Shown: positions 27,308 through 36,316 of the stretch, in pieces
Layout of the letters: each line of letters begins with the position of its first letter
Numbering within the stretch: position 1 is the first letter of the stretch
Sequence record: MZ868638.1
Length of the DNA stretch: 64,000 nt
Reading direction: 5' to 3' (one strand)
From: Escherichia phage vB_EcoM-pEK20
Position numbers and translations under genes: made by a program
Notes under the pieces: model-generated
Told to the model about the DNA's origin: nothing
What the model saw: only the letters and a program-made list of their open reading frames with translations
The model's database searches: none

Positions 27308-27781
27308 ATGTTATTATCAGGCGCAAAATATAAAGAAGAAAAACAAAAATTTTATGATGCACAGAACGGTAAGTGTCCTATTTGCCACCGTGAATTAGAC
27401 CCTGATGTTCAAGGTAACCATCTTGACCACGACCACGAATTAAACGGGCCAAAAGCCGGTAGAGTTCGTGGATTACTCTGTAATCTGTGCAACGCAGCAG
27501 AAGGTCAAATGAAGCATAAGTTCAACCGTTCCGGTCTTAAAGGACGTGATGTCGACTACCTCGAATGGCTTGAAGCTCTTCTTGCTTATTTGAAACAAGA
27601 TTATTCTGATAATAATATCCATCCTAATTTTGTTCCAGACAAAACTAAAGAGTTCTCAAGACTAGGTAAAGAGGAAATGATGGCTGAGATGCTTCAAAGA
27701 GGATTTGAATATAATGAATCTGATACCAAAACACAATTAATAGCTTCATTCAAAAAGCAGCTTAGAAAGAGTTTAAAATGA
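27308..27781 (+). CDS. 49: endonuclease VII (Holliday junction resolvase)
   Basis: near-identical to T4 gp49 over whole length (CPICHREL...GLLCNLCNAAEGQ). Confidence 0.95.
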   Translation: MLLSGAKYKEEKQKFYDAQNGKCPICHRELDPDVQGNHLDHDHELNGPKAGRVRGLLCNLCNAAEGQMKHKFNRSGLKGRDVDYLEWLEALLAYLKQDYSDNNIHPNFVPDKTKEFSRLGKEEMMAEMLQRGFEYNESDTKTQLIASFKKQLRKSLK

Positions 27782-29595
27782 AAATTGAAAAAGAAATTGA
27801 AGGATTAATTCATAAAACTAATAAAGATCTTTTGAACGAGAATGCTAATAAAGATTCTCGTGTTTTTCCAACTCAACGGGACCTTATGGCTGGTATTGTG
27901 TCTAAGCACATTGCCAAAAATATGGTCCCGTCTTTTATTATGAAAGCACATGAAAGCGGAATTGTCCATTTCCATGATATTGATTATTCCCCTGCTCTTC
28001 CATTTACTAATTGCTGTTTAGTAGATTTAAAAGGAATGCTTGAAAACGGGTTTAAGCTAGGTAATGCTCAAATTGAAACGCCTAAATCGATTGGTGTTGC
28101 TACTGCAATTATGGCACAAATTACCGCACAGGTTGCTTCACATCAGTACGGCGGAACGACTTTTGCTAATGTAGATAAAGTACTTTCTCCTTATGTTAAA
28201 CGCACCTATGCAAAACATATTGAGGATGCAGAAAAATGGCAAATCGCTGATGCGTTGAATTATGCCCAATCTAAAACAGAAAAAGACGTATACGATGCAT
28301 TTCAAGCTTATGAGTATGAAGTAAATACTCTTTTTAGCTCAAACGGTCAAACGCCTTTTGTAACAATTACATTTGGTACTGGAACTGACTGGACTGAACG
28401 AATTATTCAGAAAGCAATTCTTAAAAACCGCATTAAAGGCCTTGGTCGTGATGGAATAACTCCTATTTTCCCTAAACTTGTTATGTTCATTGAAGAGGGT
28501 GTCAATCTTTATAAAGACGACCCGAACTATGATATTAAGCAGCTTGCTCTAGAGTGTGCAAGCAAAAGAATGTATCCTGATATTATTTCAGCTAAGAACA
28601 ATAAAGCTATCACTGGTTCATCTATTCCTGTTTCTCCAATGGGTTGTCGTAGTTTCTTGAGTGTATGGAAAGATTCGACTGGAAATGAAATTCTTGATGG
28701 ACGTAATAATCTTGGTGTTGTAACACTGAATCTTCCTCGTATTGCGTTAGATTCTTATATTGGAACACAATTCAATGAACAGAAATTTGTTGAGCTATTT
28801 AATGAACGAATGGATCTGTGTTTTGAAGCCTTGATGTGTAGAATTAGTTCTTTAAAGGGTGTTAAAGCAACAGTTGCTCCTATTCTTTACCAAGAAGGTG
28901 CATTTGGGGTTCGTCTTAAACCTGATGATGATATAATTGAGCTATTTAAAAACGGTAGAAGTTCAGTGTCTTTAGGATACATTGGTATTCACGAATTGAA
29001 TATTCTTGTCGGTCGTGATATTGGACAGGAAATTTTGACTAAAATGAATGCTCGTCTTAAGCAGTGGACTGAAAGAACCGGTTTTGCTTTTAGCTTGTAT
29101 TCTACTCCTGCTGAAAACCTGTGCTATCGCTTCTGTAAACTTGATACTGAAAAATATGGAAGTGTAAAAGATGTTACTGATAAAGGCTGGTACACTAATA
29201 GTTTCCATGTTTCAGTAGAAGAAAATATCACTCCGTTTGAAAAGATTTCTCGCGAAGCCCCATATCATTTCATTGCGACTGGCGGACACATTTCTTATGT
29301 TGAACTTCCTGATATGAAAAATAACCTAAAAGGTCTTGAGGCTGTCTGGGATTATGCTGCGCAACATTTAGATTATTTTGGTGTTAATATGCCAGTAGAT
29401 AAATGTTTTACGTGTGGAAGTACCCATGAAATGACTCCTACCGAAAACGGATTTGTTTGTTCTATTTGTGGAGAAACTGATCCTAAAAAGATGAACACAA
29501 TAAGAAGAACTTGTGGTTATCTTGGAAATCCTAACGAACGTGGATTTAATCTCGGCAAAAATAAAGAAATCATGCATAGGGTTAAACACCAATGA
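27778..29595 (+). CDS. nrdD: anaerobic ribonucleoside-triphosphate reductase
   Basis: 605 aa, glycyl-radical motif RTCGYLG and zinc-site cysteines at C-terminus; uninterrupted (no intron). Confidence 0.95.
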   Translation: MKIEKEIEGLIHKTNKDLLNENANKDSRVFPTQRDLMAGIVSKHIAKNMVPSFIMKAHESGIVHFHDIDYSPALPFTNCCLVDLKGMLENGFKLGNAQIETPKSIGVATAIMAQITAQVASHQYGGTTFANVDKVLSPYVKRTYAKHIEDAEKWQIADALNYAQSKTEKDVYDAFQAYEYEVNTLFSSNGQTPFVTITFGTGTDWTERIIQKAILKNRIKGLGRDGITPIFPKLVMFIEEGVNLYKDDPNYDIKQLALECASKRMYPDIISAKNNKAITGSSIPVSPMGCRSFLSVWKDSTGNEILDGRNNLGVVTLNLPRIALDSYIGTQFNEQKFVELFNERMDLCFEALMCRISSLKGVKATVAPILYQEGAFGVRLKPDDDIIELFKNGRSSVSLGYIGIHELNILVGRDIGQEILTKMNARLKQWTERTGFAFSLYSTPAENLCYRFCKLDTEKYGSVKDVTDKGWYTNSFHVSVEENITPFEKISREAPYHFIATGGHISYVELPDMKNNLKGLEAVWDYAAQHLDYFGVNMPVDKCFTCGSTHEMTPTENGFVCSICGETDPKKMNTIRRTCGYLGNPNERGFNLGKNKEIMHRVKHQ

Positions 29596-30062
29596 ATTAT
29601 GATAGATTTTATCCTTGCGATTTTGTGAATGGCCCTGGTTGCAGGGTCGTTCTTTTCGTTACAGGTTGTTTGCATAAATGCGAAGGGTGTTATAATAAAT
29701 CAACATGGAATGCTAGAAATGGTATTCCATTCACAGGTGAAACACTAGAGCAATTAATTGAATGTTTGAATAATGATTATATAGAAGGATTAACTATAAC
29801 TGGAGGAGACCCTCTCTATCCCGATAACAGAGATGTTGTTCATTGCATTGCTCAAACAGTAAAAAATCTTTATCCCAATAAAAGCATTTGGTTGTGGACA
29901 GGATATAAGTTTGAAGATATTAAACAACTAGAAATGCTTAAATATGTTGATGTTATTATTGATGGGAAGTATGAGAAAAATCTTCCGACCAAAAAACTGT
30001 GGCGAGGATCAGATAATCAGCGACTTTGGTCAAATACCGATGGGGTGTGGAAACATGATTAA
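29592..30062 (+). CDS. nrdG: anaerobic RNR activating enzyme (radical SAM)
   Basis: CxxxCxxC-type cluster CLHKCEGCYN; immediately downstream of nrdD. Confidence 0.9.
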   Translation: MNYDRFYPCDFVNGPGCRVVLFVTGCLHKCEGCYNKSTWNARNGIPFTGETLEQLIECLNNDYIEGLTITGGDPLYPDNRDVVHCIAQTVKNLYPNKSIWLWTGYKFEDIKQLEMLKYVDVIIDGKYEKNLPTKKLWRGSDNQRLWSNTDGVWKHD

Positions 30063-30172
30063 ATTGAATTACATTATGGATACTATAAATGATATGATTT
30101 TTCGTTTTGGTCCAGAATTTTATTCGCAGTATAGTTTGGTGTTTATCAATGCTTAGTTAATTAAGGGTAAAT

Positions 30173-30388
30173 ATGTATAAATTTCGTAAAGGTTTAGCTG
30201 ATTTTCTTACAACTGTAACGTTCTTTTTGTTTATGGCAGTTGGAGCTATTTTTCTTATTCCTTTTACTGTTGTATTTTTCTTGATTAGTTTAATTTCTCC
30301 GGAAAAGGGTTTATCCTCCAGCGAATTCAATGAACGTTTGGACAAAATTACTAATAAACTGAATTCTGTTCTTGATAAAAAGGCTTAA
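30173..30388 (+). CDS. small membrane protein
   Basis: hydrophobic 71-aa ORF. Confidence 0.4.
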   Translation: MYKFRKGLADFLTTVTFFLFMAVGAIFLIPFTVVFFLISLISPEKGLSSSEFNERLDKITNKLNSVLDKKA

Positions 30389-30390
30389 TT

Positions 30391-30708
30391 ATGATTAGTT
30401 TTGAGCGGTATGTGGTAGAGAGTTGGAAAGGTTTTGATATGTTCGGTAATGACTATTATTTTTACGAATGTAATCTAAATCCTAGTTTTTGGGCTGGACG
30501 TGAACGAGATCTCGAAGAAATTAATGCTCGTGCCGAATTGTTAGGTGAACTGCCTACAGTTTATTTTACCTTTGATGAATCTGGATTTGTTATCCAGGTT
30601 TATTTTCCTGAAGAAAACTCTGGCGAGGATTCTGTTAATCCTCCTTATTGGGCTTACCAAGGAATTATTTCTCGTGGAACAAAACTCGAACTTAAAGAAC
30701 AAGATTGA
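30391..30708 (+). CDS. hypothetical protein
   Basis: ATG ORF. Confidence 0.45.
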   Translation: MISFERYVVESWKGFDMFGNDYYFYECNLNPSFWAGRERDLEEINARAELLGELPTVYFTFDESGFVIQVYFPEENSGEDSVNPPYWAYQGIISRGTKLELKEQD

Positions 30709-30997
30709 AATTTATGGCATCCCTGAAGAAGTAGGACGTTGTCCGGGATGTTATACTGTTACAAAACTTTTAAAGGAGCTCAATGCTCCTTATACGTTTT
30801 ATAAAGTCCTCACTAATAATGGTAAGATTGAATATGACCGTCCTTTAATCGTATCTCTTGCTAAACGTGCAGGATTCACTTCACTTAATATTCGTTATCC
30901 TGTCATATTTTTAAATGATAAGAAACAAAAGAATATTGCAGAGTTTAAAAAGTCCTTGATTTCATTAGGATATGACTCCGATATCATAGAAGATTGA
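30674..30997 (+). CDS. nrdH: glutaredoxin-like protein NrdH
   Basis: CPGCY redox motif; no in-frame ATG near N-terminus, start assigned to GTG 30674 (ATT 30704 also possible). Confidence 0.55.
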   Translation: MEQNSNLKNKIEIYGIPEEVGRCPGCYTVTKLLKELNAPYTFYKVLTNNGKIEYDRPLIVSLAKRAGFTSLNIRYPVIFLNDKKQKNIAEFKKSLISLGYDSDIIED

Positions 30998-31020
30998 CCA
31001 GGTGCCGCCTGGTCTTCTTT
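30996..31020 (+). terminator. rho-independent terminator
   Basis: gaccagg 30996-31002 / cctggtc 31008-31014 then ttcttt. Confidence 0.6.
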
Positions 31021-31106
31021 ATCTCATTTCTAATATAATCCATTGGAATCTTCACTTCACTATCTCCTTGTGCCCCTCTCAAATCAAAAAATATTTTCAT
31101 AAAACA

Positions 31107-31135
31107 GTTTACATCCTCAATAGATGTGTTAAGAT
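31107..31135 (+). promoter_or_regulatory. early promoter
   Basis: -35 gtttac 31107-31112, -10 taagat 31130-31135. Confidence 0.5.
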
Positions 31136-31163
31136 TAAACCATCTACTATAGAGGAAAATAAA

Positions 31164-31346
31164 ATGACAATTGAAGATAAAGAAATTAAGGTCGACCAGT
31201 ACTATTCTGTCAACGGTAGTGCAGTACAGATAACCAGAGTTTCAAGCCTGGATGTTTGGTACCGTTCGATCAAATATCCAGAAATTGGTGAAATGCTTTG
31301 TGACCGTGGTATCTTCTGTTCAATTGCGAAGGAAATTAAGCCATGA
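31164..31346 (+). CDS. hypothetical small protein
   Basis: ATG at M55 of listed ORF, SD agagga. Confidence 0.35.
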   Translation: MTIEDKEIKVDQYYSVNGSAVQITRVSSLDVWYRSIKYPEIGEMLCDRGIFCSIAKEIKP

Positions 31347-31591
31347 TTAGTTTAGATTCAAAGAAAGTTGTTCTAACCCTTAAAGTTAATGATGAGCGTC
31401 TAGTATTCGTTACCATTTCAGATTTGCATGTTGAAATTGCTAATGGCGTCCGTACTTATCAAACGTCTAAAACACAATGGGACTATATCCCAATGTTGAC
31501 GCTTACTCAGCGTTTAGAATCAATCGGTCTTAAAGACCTTTCAGTAAGTGAAGTGAATTTTATCAAACGCGTTGTATCAATCAACCTCTGA
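31343..31591 (+). CDS. hypothetical protein
   Basis: ATG overlapping upstream stop. Confidence 0.4.
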   Translation: MISLDSKKVVLTLKVNDERLVFVTISDLHVEIANGVRTYQTSKTQWDYIPMLTLTQRLESIGLKDLSVSEVNFIKRVVSINL

Positions 31592-31598
31592 GGTACTT

Positions 31599-31892
31599 AT
31601 GGGTAAAACGTATCGTCGTAAAGATTTGAAAGTTCGTGATTACGACTATTTTGGTAAACGTAAAGCTCCTGACGGTGTTAGCCACAAAGACATGGTTGAA
31701 AACATTTTCCGCTCAGATAAATGGAAACGTATGAAAGGCGTTGATTCTGAAGTCAAGAACGAAATGAATCGACAACTCCGCAAAGAAGTTCGTAAGTTGA
31801 AAAAAGATGTTTACAGTAAAGAAGATTATGATTATAATACTTCTCATACTGAAGCCAAACGTAAAGCTAATGAATGTTATCGTTACAGTTGA
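31599..31892 (+). CDS. hypothetical basic protein
   Basis: ATG at M10 of listed ORF. Confidence 0.4.
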   Translation: MGKTYRRKDLKVRDYDYFGKRKAPDGVSHKDMVENIFRSDKWKRMKGVDSEVKNEMNRQLRKEVRKLKKDVYSKEDYDYNTSHTEAKRKANECYRYS

Positions 31893-32030
31893 GGAAATTA
31901 TGAATATCAAACGAATGCTTTTTAAGCAGGGATTATATACTTTAAATGTTAATCCAAAGGGTGATACAACTAAATGGTCTGTAAATGACTGGATTAAGTT
32001 CATCGATGAAAATGGGGCGTGGAACACAAA

Positions 32031-32231
32031 ATGAATCCTGAAAATATTGTGTCATGGCAACTTCGTGAAGAACGTGCCGAATTCTTTGCCAATATGAAAC
32101 TCAACGGCGTTGAGGACGAAGACTTTTTACGTTGGTTCTGGATTTACAAATACAAAGAATGCCAGCACGCTGTACTACTGACTTGTGCAGCTATGTATGA
32201 AGGCTGGAAAGGCGCTAAAAAGTTCGGTTAA
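32031..32231 (+). CDS. hypothetical small protein
   Basis: ATG at M5 of listed ORF. Confidence 0.4.
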   Translation: MNPENIVSWQLREERAEFFANMKLNGVEDEDFLRWFWIYKYKECQHAVLLTCAAMYEGWKGAKKFG

Positions 32232-32294
32232 TAATGTACAACGATAGGAAGACGTGTTATTATCTTCCTATCGTCTTAAAATGAGGAAAATATC

Positions 32295-32534
32295 ATGGAA
32301 CAAGAATTAGACGTTATTACATCGAAAAAACGTCTTGAAGTCGTAGTGAATGGCTCAACTATTAAGTTTGTATATGACACTTTAACTGATGCTATTACCG
32401 TTAGTTGTGGTGGAAAGGCTTTTAGTCTAGATTCTACTGAAAACAAATACCCGTTCTATAAAGGTATCTTTGATATGGGTGTTGATATCAGTGTTCGTCA
32501 AGCAAACTATTTACATTATCTTATCACGGAATAA
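32295..32534 (+). CDS. hypothetical protein
   Basis: ATG ORF, SD gagga; upstream inverted repeat gacgataggaaga/tcttcctatcgtc. Confidence 0.45.
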   Translation: MEQELDVITSKKRLEVVVNGSTIKFVYDTLTDAITVSCGGKAFSLDSTENKYPFYKGIFDMGVDISVRQANYLHYLITE

Positions 32535-32563
32535 TGCACAAACTCTTGAGAGCAGAGTATAAT
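32535..32563 (+). promoter_or_regulatory. early promoter inside repeated stem-loop cassette
   Basis: -35 tgcaca, -10 tataat 32558-32563. Confidence 0.5.
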
Positions 32564-32584
32564 GCTCTCTCATTGGATAATAAA
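32539..32584 (+). repeat. promoter cassette copy B (near-identical to 2425..2468)
   Basis: caaactcttgagagcagagtataatgctctc shared with 2425-2455. Confidence 0.8.
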
Positions 32585-32602
32585 ATAACCGAGGAAAATA
32601 AT

Positions 32603-32935
32603 ATGTCTACTAAAATCAAAAACGTAGTTAATTCTTTCGCTTTCGATAAAGTTGTTGCTCTTCTGGAATCCGGCAATATTGTTACTCCTCAAGTCCTTGA
32701 CGCGTGGGAATTCCGTCTTTATGAAATCATGCAAAAACACGACCAGAAAATTGGACGTAATTCTATTCGTGAAATTCTAGTACAATATATTCTTTCTGAA
32801 TTTGACGTTGCTGCATTTGGTGTTGAATCTAAAGCTTATCAGAAACATGAAATCTCTGAAAAGACTATCCGTCGTATGAAAAATCAACGTAAGAAAAAAT
32901 TCGTTGACCTGAAAATTGTTAAGGCGGTAAAATGA
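32603..32935 (+). CDS. hypothetical protein
   Basis: ATG at M24 of listed ORF, SD gagga. Confidence 0.45.
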   Translation: MSTKIKNVVNSFAFDKVVALLESGNIVTPQVLDAWEFRLYEIMQKHDQKIGRNSIREILVQYILSEFDVAAFGVESKAYQKHEISEKTIRRMKNQRKKKFVDLKIVKAVK

Positions 32936-33159
32936 GTGTATTAACAGAATCTTTGATTAATGACCTGCGTCTAGCTGGTTACGAAGTTGGTACAAATAGC
33001 CTAGGTCTTTCTCAGATTGAAGGGCTTGGATTTATCCTAGAATATGAATTCAAACAATGGTGGCTATATGCTACGGCTGACGATGCGTTGAATATCGATT
33101 TCGTTGACCAATTTGATTCGTTGGATGATGCTCTTGAAGCAGCAAAGGAACTAGAATGA
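32932..33159 (+). CDS. hypothetical acidic protein
   Basis: ATG overlapping upstream stop. Confidence 0.4.
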   Translation: MSVLTESLINDLRLAGYEVGTNSLGLSQIEGLGFILEYEFKQWWLYATADDALNIDFVDQFDSLDDALEAAKELE

Positions 33160-33425
33160 AATTAACTCGAATCAGTATAACTGAAGAAAAGCTGGGCGAA
33201 TTTTATGTTGACGAATACATGAAAGTCACGTATTTTCCATTCGTTAAAGGTGTTGGTTTTTGGGAAACTCATGTATCTCAATTAAACGAAGGCGACTATA
33301 ACGAAACACATGAGAACTTTTTAGATTTTCTTTATAATGCCGGTCTTACTGAGCTTTATATCGATATCCATGAGTTCAAACGTTTAATGGAAAAAGTGTT
33401 TCAGGCTTATTGTTTGCTCCGATAG
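33156..33425 (+). CDS. hypothetical protein
   Basis: ATG overlapping upstream stop. Confidence 0.4.
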   Translation: MKLTRISITEEKLGEFYVDEYMKVTYFPFVKGVGFWETHVSQLNEGDYNETHENFLDFLYNAGLTELYIDIHEFKRLMEKVFQAYCLLR

Positions 33426-33432
33426 TATCTCG

Positions 33433-33477
33433 TGCTTTAAGATAGGTCTCTAAATATTATGATATAATAGACCTATG
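33433..33477 (+). promoter_or_regulatory. promoter-containing stem-loop upstream of gene 55 (MotA-box-like tgcttta)
   Basis: tgcttta 33433-33439; inverted repeat ataggtct 33442-33449 / agacctat 33470-33477 enclosing tattat and tataat. Confidence 0.4.
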
Positions 33478-33497
33478 AATTGAGCTAAGAGGTACTT

Positions 33498-34055
33498 ATG
33501 ACCGAACAAAAACCTAAAAATAACTATGTGAATAATAAAGAGCTTCTCGCCGCTATAATCGAGTGGAAAAAGGAGCTCTTAAATAATAAAGACCCAAACA
33601 AAATTATTCGTCAGAATGATACCATCGGTTTAGCAATTATGCTTATCGCCGAAGGCCTGTCCAAACGTTTCAACTTTTCAGGATATACCCAGTCTTGGAA
33701 GCAGGAGATGATTGCAGATGGGATTGAAGCCTCTATTAAGGGACTTCATAATTTCGACGAAACTAAGTACAATAACCCACATGCATACATAACTCGAGCT
33801 TGTTTTAATGCTTTTGTCCAACGTATCAAAAAAGAACGTAAGGAAGTTGCAAAGAAATATAGTTACTTCGTTCATAACGTCTACGACAGTCATGACGATG
33901 ATATGGTAGCGTTGGTAGATGAAACGTTTATTCAAGACATCTACGATAAAATGACGCATTATGAAGAATCCGCTTATAAAGCTCCTGGGGCTGAAAAGAA
34001 GGAAGTTGTTAGCGATTCGCCTAGTTTGGATTTTTTATATGAGGATGACAATTGA
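33498..34055 (+). CDS. 55: late-transcription sigma factor gp55
   Basis: near-identical to T4 gp55 (YVNNKELL...[39 protein letters not shown]). Confidence 0.95.
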   Translation: MTEQKPKNNYVNNKELLAAIIEWKKELLNNKDPNKIIRQNDTIGLAIMLIAEGLSKRFNFSGYTQSWKQEMIADGIEASIKGLHNFDETKYNNPHAYITRACFNAFVQRIKKERKEVAKKYSYFVHNVYDSHDDDMVALVDETFIQDIYDKMTHYEESAYKAPGAEKKEVVSDSPSLDFLYEDDN

Positions 34056-34254
34056 CATCTCTAACTACTTAGAAGAACCTTTTGACGAAGCAATCCCTTA
34101 TTTGGTAAAACTGTTGGGTCGTGAATTTAAAATTAATTTTGACATCGACCCTTTGAACCCACATGACGTGTCATTTTCGATAAATGGGACTCCGGTTGAG
34201 TATGAGTTCTGTATTGAAGAGGATGGACGTTTTTATTTTAATTTAATGAGATAA
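34039..34254 (+). CDS. hypothetical small protein
   Basis: ATG at M27 of listed ORF 33961, overlapping 55 stop. Confidence 0.35.
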   Translation: MRMTIDISNYLEEPFDEAIPYLVKLLGREFKINFDIDPLNPHDVSFSINGTPVEYEFCIEEDGRFYFNLMR

Positions 34255-34255
34255 T

Positions 34256-34579
34256 ATGACTACCGAGATTATTGAAAATAAAGAAGCAGAAGATGCAGTA
34301 GCTAAAATGCTACAAGAAATCCAAAAGAAAAATGAAGCTGAAGCACGTAAAAAATCCGAAAAGATTCTTAAAAAGAATCGTTTTGAACTAAACCGTCTTT
34401 ATGCTCATGCTCAAGAAGCAGCAATTCAAAACAACTTCGAAGCTTACGAATATGCTATTAAGAAATCTCGGGATATTCTACGACAACCATATAATGACAA
34501 GTTAATTAAAATCCAGTGGATTACTACTCGTCAGGCTATTGAGGACATCATTAATGGCGCTAGTTCAAACAAAGTTTAA
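34256..34579 (+). CDS. hypothetical protein
   Basis: ATG ORF. Confidence 0.45.
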   Translation: MTTEIIENKEAEDAVAKMLQEIQKKNEAEARKKSEKILKKNRFELNRLYAHAQEAAIQNNFEAYEYAIKKSRDILRQPYNDKLIKIQWITTRQAIEDIINGASSNKV

Positions 34580-34760
34580 ACGTCTGAAGCTGAACGCAGG
34601 GTTCACCCTTAAATTGGGAGGTCCTCTTTGTGTTAAAATTTCTGAAAAGGAATATCACGACGGTTCTATTACAGAAATTTGTCCGCCTATTGTAAAGGCA
34701 GACCCAAAACAACTCGTGTGGGTTGATTCATTTCAAGTTAAGAAATGGTGGAAACGATGA
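34554..34760 (+). CDS. hypothetical small protein
   Basis: ATG at M6 of listed ORF. Confidence 0.35.
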   Translation: MALVQTKFKRLKLNAGFTLKLGGPLCVKISEKEYHDGSITEICPPIVKADPKQLVWVDSFQVKKWWKR

Positions 34761-34799
34761 GAGAAATCGATTTAGGCATTTTCTGAGAGGTGCTTATGC

Positions 34800-34973
34800 A
34801 TGACGAACATCCCGACTTCTGAAAATTTCGATAAAATCCGTAAAGGCAAAGCAGAAAGAATGAGACGTTTTAAAGAGTCTTATGATAAAGCTAAAGCCGA
34901 AGGAACTATTACATACAAGCCCATTCGATTTAAAAGTTCAAATGAGCCTCTGTACGGTGTACTATGTGGATAG
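34800..34973 (+). CDS. hypothetical small basic protein (57 aa)
   Basis: ATG ORF not in track; followed directly by terminator. Confidence 0.3.
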   Translation: MTNIPTSENFDKIRKGKAERMRRFKESYDKAKAEGTITYKPIRFKSSNEPLYGVLCG

Positions 34974-34996
34974 GAACTCTTCGGAGTTCCTTTTTT
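34972..34996 (+). terminator. rho-independent terminator
   Basis: aggaactc-ttcg-gagttcct then T6 34991-34996. Confidence 0.7.
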
Positions 34997-35042
34997 GCTT
35001 TATAAACGGATGATAGAATGAATTAACTAATGAGGAAATAAT

Positions 35043-36062
35043 ATGAAAATTTTAAATTTAGGTGATTGGCATTTAGGTGTTAAAGCCGATGATGAGTGGG
35101 TTCAATCCATTCAGTTGGATGGAATTAAGCAGGCGATAGAATATTCTAAGAAAAATGGAATTACTACATGGATTCAATACGGCGATATTTTTGATGTGCG
35201 AAAAGCAATCACGCATAAAACTATGGAGTTCGCACGTGAAATAGTTCAAATGCTTGATGATGCTGGTATTACCCTACATACTGTTGTAGGAAACCATGAT
35301 ATGCACTTTAAAAATACTTTAACTCCAAACGCTTCTACTGAGCTTTTAGCTAAATATCCTAATGTTAAAGTATATGATAAGCCTACTACAGTAGATTTTG
35401 ACGGATGTTTGATTGATTTAATTCCTTGGATGTGCGAAGAAAATACTGGTGAAATTCTTGAACATATCAAAACTTCATCTGCTTCTTTTTGTGTTGGGCA
35501 CTGGGAACTGAATGGTTTTTATTTCTATAAAGGAATGAAGTCTCATGGGCTTGAACCTGATTTTTTAAAGACCTATAAACAAGTCTGGTCCGGCCACTTC
35601 CACACAATCTCTGAAGCTGCTAACGTCAAATATATTGGGACACCATGGACCCTTACTGCAGGTGATGAAAACGACCCTCGAGGATTCTGGGTATTTGACA
35701 CCGATGTTGAACGTATGGAATTTATTCCTAATGAAACAACATGGCATCGACGAATCACTTATCCGTTTAAAGGCAAAATCAATTATTCTGATTATACTAA
35801 TCTAGCCGTACGTGTTATAGTATCAGAAATTGATTCAGAGTTGACTAAGTTTGAATCTGAACTTGAAAAAGTAGTTCACTCTCTTCGTATGGTTTCTAAA
35901 GTTGATAACAGTGTTGAATCTGATGACGACCAGGAAATCGAGATTAAATCACTTCAAGATATCATTAAAGAATATATTGACGCGATTCCAGATATCTCAG
36001 ACGAAGACAGAGAAGCGCTGGTCAAATATTCCAACGAACTTTATATTGAGGCAACACAATGA
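35043..36062 (+). CDS. 47: recombination endonuclease subunit gp47 (Mre11-like)
   Basis: 339 aa; phosphoesterase motifs DWHLG, GDIFD, GNHD; matches T4 gp47. Confidence 0.95.
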   Translation: MKILNLGDWHLGVKADDEWVQSIQLDGIKQAIEYSKKNGITTWIQYGDIFDVRKAITHKTMEFAREIVQMLDDAGITLHTVVGNHDMHFKNTLTPNASTELLAKYPNVKVYDKPTTVDFDGCLIDLIPWMCEENTGEILEHIKTSSASFCVGHWELNGFYFYKGMKSHGLEPDFLKTYKQVWSGHFHTISEAANVKYIGTPWTLTAGDENDPRGFWVFDTDVERMEFIPNETTWHRRITYPFKGKINYSDYTNLAVRVIVSEIDSELTKFESELEKVVHSLRMVSKVDNSVESDDDQEIEIKSLQDIIKEYIDAIPDISDEDREALVKYSNELYIEATQ

Positions 36063-36316
36063 CTTTAGATGAATTTAACAATGCTGGACTCAGGCTTGAA
36101 GTTGAAATGGACGTTAAAGATGATGATGGATTCGAGAACACTATCAAGTATTGGATTGAGCCATTACGTGTTGAAGGCAATGAAGTTAAAGCAGTTCATG
36201 TCTGCACCGACTGGGCTATTGAATTTAGCTTTAATATAATGGACAACGATACTCCTGGCTCTATTCTTAAAATGGCTGAAGCGTGTATTGAGGACGCGTA
36301 TAATGACGAAGACTGA
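36059..36316 (+). CDS. hypothetical acidic protein
   Basis: ATG overlapping 47 stop. Confidence 0.45.
   Translation: MTLDEFNNAGLRLEVEMDVKDDDGFENTIKYWIEPLRVEGNEVKAVHVCTDWAIEFSFNIMDNDTPGSILKMAEACIEDAYNDED

Noticed and set aside
27778-29595. Group I intron in nrdD as in T4
   Set aside because: The reading frame is continuous over 605 codons with no interruption
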